Below are positions 59,096 through 64,000 of a stretch of DNA of 64,000 nt, one piece after another. The notes beneath the pieces were generated by a model, which saw only the letters and a list, made by a program, of their open reading frames with translations, did no database searches and was not told where the DNA came from. Within the stretch, counting starts at the first letter, position 1. Each line of letters begins with the position of its first letter. Position numbers and translations under genes: made by a program. The stretch lies in the NCBI GenBank assembly GCA_031282145.1, contig JAITEG010000194.1, positions 1,373-65,372 of the forward strand, read 5' to 3'. This stretch comes from Spirochaetaceae bacterium (GTDB lineage: Bacteria > Spirochaetota > Spirochaetia > Treponematales > Breznakiellaceae).

Positions 59096-61903
59096 ATGGC
59101 AAAGAAAAAGAACGTGTATTTCTTCGGCGAAGGGAAGGCCGAAGGAGATGCCAAGATGAAGGATATCCTTGGCGGTAAAGGGGCAAATTTGGCGGAAATG
59201 ACCAATCTGAAGATTCCGGTCCCGCCGGGTTTTACGATTTCTACTGAAGTATGCGCCGCTTATTATGAAAATAAACAGAAATATCCCGCCGGTTTTGAGG
59301 AAGAAGTCCTCGCAAACCTAAAAAAACTCGAAAAGATCATGAAAAAAAAGCTGGGGGATCCCCAGGATCCCCTGTTGGTTTCGGTCCGCTCCGGGGCCGC
59401 GGTATCCATGCCCGGTATGATGGATACTATTCTTAACCTGGGGATCAACGATGAGGCGGTGTTGGGCCTCGCGGCAAAGACCGGCAATTCCCGGTTTGCC
59501 TGGGACGCGTACCGGCGTTTTATTCAGATGTACGGCGAAGTGGTTATGGGAGTACCCGATAAAGCCTTCGAGACGGCCATAGCCGCTATAAAAAAAGAGC
59601 GAAACCTCGATCTTGACAAGGACCTCAGCCACCGGGACCTGGAAGAACTGGTGAAGGAATATAAAAAGATCATCCAACATCATGTGGGTAAGGAATTGCC
59701 CCAGAATCCCCTGGATCAGCTTTGGGGCGCCGTGAACGCGGTTTTTGGTTCATGGATGAATGAACGGGCTATTAAATACCGGGAGCTTAATGATATTAAA
59801 AACATCAAGGGTACGGCGGTAAACGTTCAGTCCATGGTGTTCGGTAACTTCGGCGACGATTCGGGTACCGGTGTTTGTTTTAGCCGTAATCCTTCCACGG
59901 GCAAAAACGAATTTTACGGGGAATACCTTATGAACGCCCAGGGGGAGGATGTGGTGGCGGGGATCAGAACCCCGGAAAAGATCCTTACCCTGGAGACGGA
60001 AAATAAGCGGATTTACCAGCAGCTCGTGGATATTAAGAACCGGCTGCAAAAACATTTCCGGGATATGCAGGACATAGAATTCACCGTTCAGCAGGGGGAG
60101 CTCTTTATCCTCCAAACCCGGAACGCCAAACGGACCGGCGCCGCTGCGGTCAAATGCGCCGTGGACATGGTAGCCGAAAAACTGATTGACCGGAATACCG
60201 CAATTCTCCGGGTAACCCCCGAACATCTGGATCAGATGCTCCATCCCATGATCGATTCTGCGGTCCTTGAGGCCGCCCGTTCCCTCACCAAGGGGCTTAA
60301 TGCGTCCCCCGGAGCGGGCTGCGGGCGGATCGTGTTTACCGCCAAAGAAGCGGAGGAATGGCATCTCCGGGGAGAAAAGGTACTCCTTGTCCGGCAGGAT
60401 ACCAGCCCTGAGGACATCGGCGGCATGGTGGTTTCTCAGGGGATCCTCACCTCCACCGGAGGCATGACTAGTCATGCGGCGGTGGTTGCTCGGGGCATGG
60501 GAACTCCCTGTGTGGCCGGGGCGAAGGAGGTCCAGGTCCAACAGGGGAAAAAGGTGGTCATCAGCGGCAAGACCTTTAAGGAAGGGGACTGGATTACCAT
60601 TGACGGTTCCTCCGGTTTGATCTATGAGGGAAAACTTCCCCTGGTGGTACCGGAAATATCCGACGATATGAAGACCTTCCTGGGCTGGTGTGATGAGATC
60701 CGCGCCGCTTCGATCCGAGGTTCTCTTAAGGGGTTTGAGATCCGGACCAATGCGGATCAGCCCGAAGACGCCAAGCGGGCCTTTGATTTCGGCGCCCAGG
60801 GAGTGGGGCTGTGCCGCACGGAACATATGTTTTTCGATAAGGAAAAACTCATTCACTTCCGGGCTATGATCGTGGCGGAAAAGGCTGATGAACGGAGAGA
60901 GGCGTTACGGAAGATACTCCCCCTCCAGCGGAAGGATTTTTTCGGTATCTTTAAAGCCATGGAGGGCCGTCCGGTGATCATCCGGCTCCTGGATCCTCCT
61001 TTGCATGAGTTTGTTCCCCAGACCAAAAAGGAAATCGCGGAACTTGCGTCTTATCTGAATATAAAACCCGCCAGGCTCCTGCCCAAAATCGAAAAGCTCC
61101 ATGAGATAAACCCCATGCTGGGACACCGGGGCTGCCGTCTGGCCATAACCTATCCGGAGATTTATGATATGCAGGTTGAAGCCATTGCCCTGGCCGCGGC
61201 GGACTGTATCAAGGAAAAAATACCCGTGGAACCGGAAATAATGATCCCCATTGTGGTTACCGCCCGGGAATTAAAACTGCTCCGTCCCAACGCGGAGGCC
61301 GTGATAAAAAAGGTCTTTGACGAGGAGGGGGTAAAACTCAACATCAAGATCGGTACGATGATAGAAGTGCCCCGGGCGGCGATCCGGGCGGGGCATGTAG
61401 CCAAATACGCGGATTTTTTCAGTTTTGGTACCAACGATCTTACCCAGATGACCTTTGCGTTCAGCCGGGATGACGTGGCCTCCTTCCTGCCCACCTATCT
61501 CCAGCGGCAAGTGCTGGATGTGGATCCCTTTAAGTCCATTGATGAAGAAGGGGTGGGATTCCTCATCAAAAACGCCGTCGAACAGGGGCGGCAGGTTAAT
61601 CCCAAGCTCAATGTGGGTATCTGTGGGGAACACGGCGGAGATCCCGCCACCATTGACTTCTGTTTCCGGGCCGGAATAACCTATGTTTCCTGTTCCCCCT
61701 ACCGGGTGCCTATCGCCCGGCTTGCGGGAGCCCAGGCGGTGATCCGCAACACCCCCGCAGGTCCGGCCGCCAAAAAGGCAAAGGCCCCCAGGGAAAAAGC
61801 GGAAAAACCTCGTAAATCCGTTCCGGCGGGTAGGTCCGCTAAACCCGTTCAATCAAAAGCTCAGGCTAAGCCCGGAAAACGGGGGCCTAAAGCCGCCAAG
61901 TAA
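59096..61903 (+). CDS. ppdK: Pyruvate, phosphate dikinase
   Basis: LGGKGANLAEM, SVRSGA..SMPGMMDT, GGMTSHAAVVARG, GLCRTEHMF, SFGTNDLTQ and GICGEHGG motifs. Confidence 0.99.
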   Translation: MAKKKNVYFFGEGKAEGDAKMKDILGGKGANLAEMTNLKIPVPPGFTISTEVCAAYYENKQKYPAGFEEEVLANLKKLEKIMKKKLGDPQDPLLVSVRSGAAVSMPGMMDTILNLGINDEAVLGLAAKTGNSRFAWDAYRRFIQMYGEVVMGVPDKAFETAIAAIKKERNLDLDKDLSHRDLEELVKEYKKIIQHHVGKELPQNPLDQLWGAVNAVFGSWMNERAIKYRELNDIKNIKGTAVNVQSMVFGNFGDDSGTGVCFSRNPSTGKNEFYGEYLMNAQGEDVVAGIRTPEKILTLETENKRIYQQLVDIKNRLQKHFRDMQDIEFTVQQGELFILQTRNAKRTGAAAVKCAVDMVAEKLIDRNTAILRVTPEHLDQMLHPMIDSAVLEAARSLTKGLNASPGAGCGRIVFTAKEAEEWHLRGEKVLLVRQDTSPEDIGGMVVSQGILTSTGGMTSHAAVVARGMGTPCVAGAKEVQVQQGKKVVISGKTFKEGDWITIDGSSGLIYEGKLPLVVPEISDDMKTFLGWCDEIRAASIRGSLKGFEIRTNADQPEDAKRAFDFGAQGVGLCRTEHMFFDKEKLIHFRAMIVAEKADERREALRKILPLQRKDFFGIFKAMEGRPVIIRLLDPPLHEFVPQTKKEIAELASYLNIKPARLLPKIEKLHEINPMLGHRGCRLAITYPEIYDMQVEAIALAAADCIKEKIPVEPEIMIPIVVTARELKLLRPNAEAVIKKVFDEEGVKLNIKIGTMIEVPRAAIRAGHVAKYADFFSFGTNDLTQMTFAFSRDDVASFLPTYLQRQVLDVDPFKSIDEEGVGFLIKNAVEQGRQVNPKLNVGICGEHGGDPATIDFCFRAGITYVSCSPYRVPIARLAGAQAVIRNTPAGPAAKKAKAPREKAEKPRKSVPAGRSAKPVQSKAQAKPGKRGPKAAK

Positions 61904-61923
61904 AATTCCTTTTCCATCTAACG

Positions 61924-61950
61924 GCGCCGGAAGTTTCCGGCGTTTTTTTT
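61924..61950 (+). terminator. Rho-independent terminator of ppdK
   Basis: GCGCCGGAA/TTCCGGCGT stem followed by a T8 tract. Confidence 0.85.
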
Positions 61951-62085
61951 CACCGGAGGACTTTCCCGAAAATAACCGGGTTTAGGGAAAGCTTTCCAAT
62001 TAATTGATCATCTTTATCGGACATGATACCTTATTTTAGCGGGCCTTTTTAAAGCCCCATGTTAAAAAGAAGGGGAAATTTGGTT

Positions 62086-63222
62086 ATGCGGTATGTTACG
62101 TATGGAAAAACCGGCCTGGAGGTTTCCCGGCTTGGCCTTGGCTGTATGCGTCTTCCCAGTTATGAAAAGGACGGCAAAACGATTTTTGACGAGGAAAAAA
62201 GTATCGCCCTGATTCACCGAGCCATGGAACTGGGGGTAAATTATTTCGATACCGCCCCGGGGTATTGCGATACCTTGAGCGAGATCATCGTCGGTAAGGC
62301 CCTAAAAGGGGGGAGGCGGGAAAAGGTCTTCCTTTCCACCAAAAACCCGATTGAAAATGATTCCGGGGATGATTATGAAAAAAGGTTTGAAACGTCCCTC
62401 AAAAAATTGGACACCGATTATATTGATTTTTATCATTTTTGGGGTATCACCCTGGATGCCTTTATCCATAAGATCCACATTCCCGACGGCCCCTTTGCCC
62501 GGGCAAAAAAACTCAAAGCCCAGGGGATGATCCGGCATATCTCCTTCTCTTTCCACGATGCCCCGGATAATATGGCGGAGATAATCCGCCGGGGGGAGGG
62601 GGAAATCTCCTCTCTCCTCTGTCAATATAATCTGCTGGATCATTCTAACGAGAAGGGCATAAATTTTGCCCATGCCGAGGGTCTGGGTATCGCGGTGATG
62701 GGACCCGTGGGAGGCGGCCGTTTAGGTGCGCCCACTAAGGTTATCCAGGATTTGTTGCCCGGCAAGGTGCATAGTTCCGCCGAAGTGGCCCTTCGGTATG
62801 TTTTTTCTAATCCCCATATTCATATTGCCCTATCGGGGATGAGTTCCATAGAACAGTTGGAAGAAAACGCCGCCATCACGGATAATACCGCCCCCTTGAG
62901 TCCCGCGGAACAGGAACGGATCCTGGGGGTGATGAAGGAAAACGAACGGCTGGCGGGCCTCTATTGTACCGGCTGTAAGTACTGCATGCCCTGTCCCCAG
63001 GGGATCAATATTCCGGAGATCTTTACCCTGATGAATTACCATCGGGTATATCAAATCACCGAGTTTGCCCGGAAAACCTATTCCCAAATCGGTAAGTTAC
63101 CCTGGATGATGTATAAGGACGCGGCGGCTTGTGTGGAATGTGGGGTTTGTGAAGAGAAGTGTCCTCAAAAGCTCCCCATCAGAAAGCAGCTTAAAGAAAC
63201 CCATAAAGCCCTGGCGGTTTAA
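62086..63222 (+). CDS. Aldo/keto reductase with a C-terminal 4Fe-4S dicluster domain
   Basis: LGLGCMRLP and GVNYFDTAPGY motifs; CTGCKYCMPCP and CVECGVCEEKCP clusters. Confidence 0.93.
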   Translation: MRYVTYGKTGLEVSRLGLGCMRLPSYEKDGKTIFDEEKSIALIHRAMELGVNYFDTAPGYCDTLSEIIVGKALKGGRREKVFLSTKNPIENDSGDDYEKRFETSLKKLDTDYIDFYHFWGITLDAFIHKIHIPDGPFARAKKLKAQGMIRHISFSFHDAPDNMAEIIRRGEGEISSLLCQYNLLDHSNEKGINFAHAEGLGIAVMGPVGGGRLGAPTKVIQDLLPGKVHSSAEVALRYVFSNPHIHIALSGMSSIEQLEENAAITDNTAPLSPAEQERILGVMKENERLAGLYCTGCKYCMPCPQGINIPEIFTLMNYHRVYQITEFARKTYSQIGKLPWMMYKDAAACVECGVCEEKCPQKLPIRKQLKETHKALAV

Positions 63223-63262
63223 ATTAATGGAGTCTAAAAAGGGATAGATTCCCGGCAACAAC

Positions 63263-64000
63263 ATGAACAATCCGCTGATCAAAACCCTGGTGAACCTCCG
63301 GGGAAATCCCCGGGCCTGTGTGTATACCGAACCTCTTTGGGGGCTTTCTATGAACCTTTGCCTGCCCTACGCATCGGTTTATATGCTCGCCGTGGGCCTC
63401 AACGATGTCGAAATCGGGTTTATTGCTTCGGTATATATGCTTTCCCAGGTGATTTTTGCCTTTTTAAGCGGCGCCATTACCGATAAGCTTGGCCGGCGGA
63501 AAACCACCGCGATCTTTGATTTTTTGGCCTGGTCCGTTCCGTGCCTCATCTGGATCCGGGCGGAGAATTTCTGGTTTTTTTTGGTCGCCGCCCTTTTTAA
63601 CGGTGTCATGAAGGTAACCACCAACTCCTGGGACTGCCTTATGGTAGAGGACGCCGAAAAGAGCCAGATCACTCGAATCTACTCCCTGGTGATCGTATCG
63701 GGCCAGCTTTCCGCTCTTTTTGCCCCTATTTCTTCTATTTTGGTATCCCGGCTGACCCTGGTACCCGCCATCAGGATCCTCTATGCCAACGCTTTTGTGG
63801 TGATGACCGCCAAATTGATAATCCTCTTTCTTTGTTCCAAGGAAACCGGCACCGGGGTGATACGGATCCGGGAAACCCGGGGAAAAAGCATCTTCTCCCT
63901 CCTCGGCGGGTACGGCGGGGTTTTACGGATCATGGGGAAGTCCAAAGGAACGGTCTTTTCCCTCATCATCACCGCCCTGGTGGGCGCCGTAGGGATGATC
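63263..64000 (+). CDS. MFS transporter (3' end outside the window)
   Basis: Open frame MNNPLIKTLVNLRGNPRACVYTEPLWG... with MFS motif A (GAITDKLGRRK); absent from the ORF track because it has no stop in the window. Confidence 0.88.
   Translation, partial: MNNPLIKTLVNLRGNPRACVYTEPLWGLSMNLCLPYASVYMLAVGLNDVEIGFIASVYMLSQVIFAFLSGAITDKLGRRKTTAIFDFLAWSVPCLIWIRAENFWFFLVAALFNGVMKVTTNSWDCLMVEDAEKSQITRIYSLVIVSGQLSALFAPISSILVSRLTLVPAIRILYANAFVVMTAKLIILFLCSKETGTGVIRIRETRGKSIFSLLGGYGGVLRIMGKSKGTVFSLIITALVGAVGMI

Overview
A 64-kb window from a spirochaete chromosome of Treponema type, judged from the nusA-infB-rbfA-truB-ribF-rpsO-pnp-dut-lptFG-tgt gene order, a long-form GreA, a single-domain FlgJ and spirochaetal lipoboxes. 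Most of it is housekeeping: translation, RNA modification, recA/scpAB/ruvB, flagellar rod genes under a sigma-28 promoter, and ppdK. The accessory part is about 30.5-46.2 kb and holds two notable units. (1) A GlpP antiterminator module: two leaders share a 20-nt motif overlapping intrinsic terminators and precede a polytopic membrane alpha/beta-hydrolase and an Ldh_2-family oxidoreductase-glpK operon, with no glpD or glpF in the window. (2) A ~9.7-kb integrase-free island bounded by a perfect 98-bp duplication of the glpK 3' end. It carries three tandem paralogous ~1000-aa lipoproteins (four ~95-aa repeats plus a GGGV beta-helix) behind a ~285-nt structured leader. Several dispersed REP/MITE-like palindromes are also present. 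No rRNA, tRNA, CRISPR array, transposase or integrase was recognised. All calls are by eye, without database searches.
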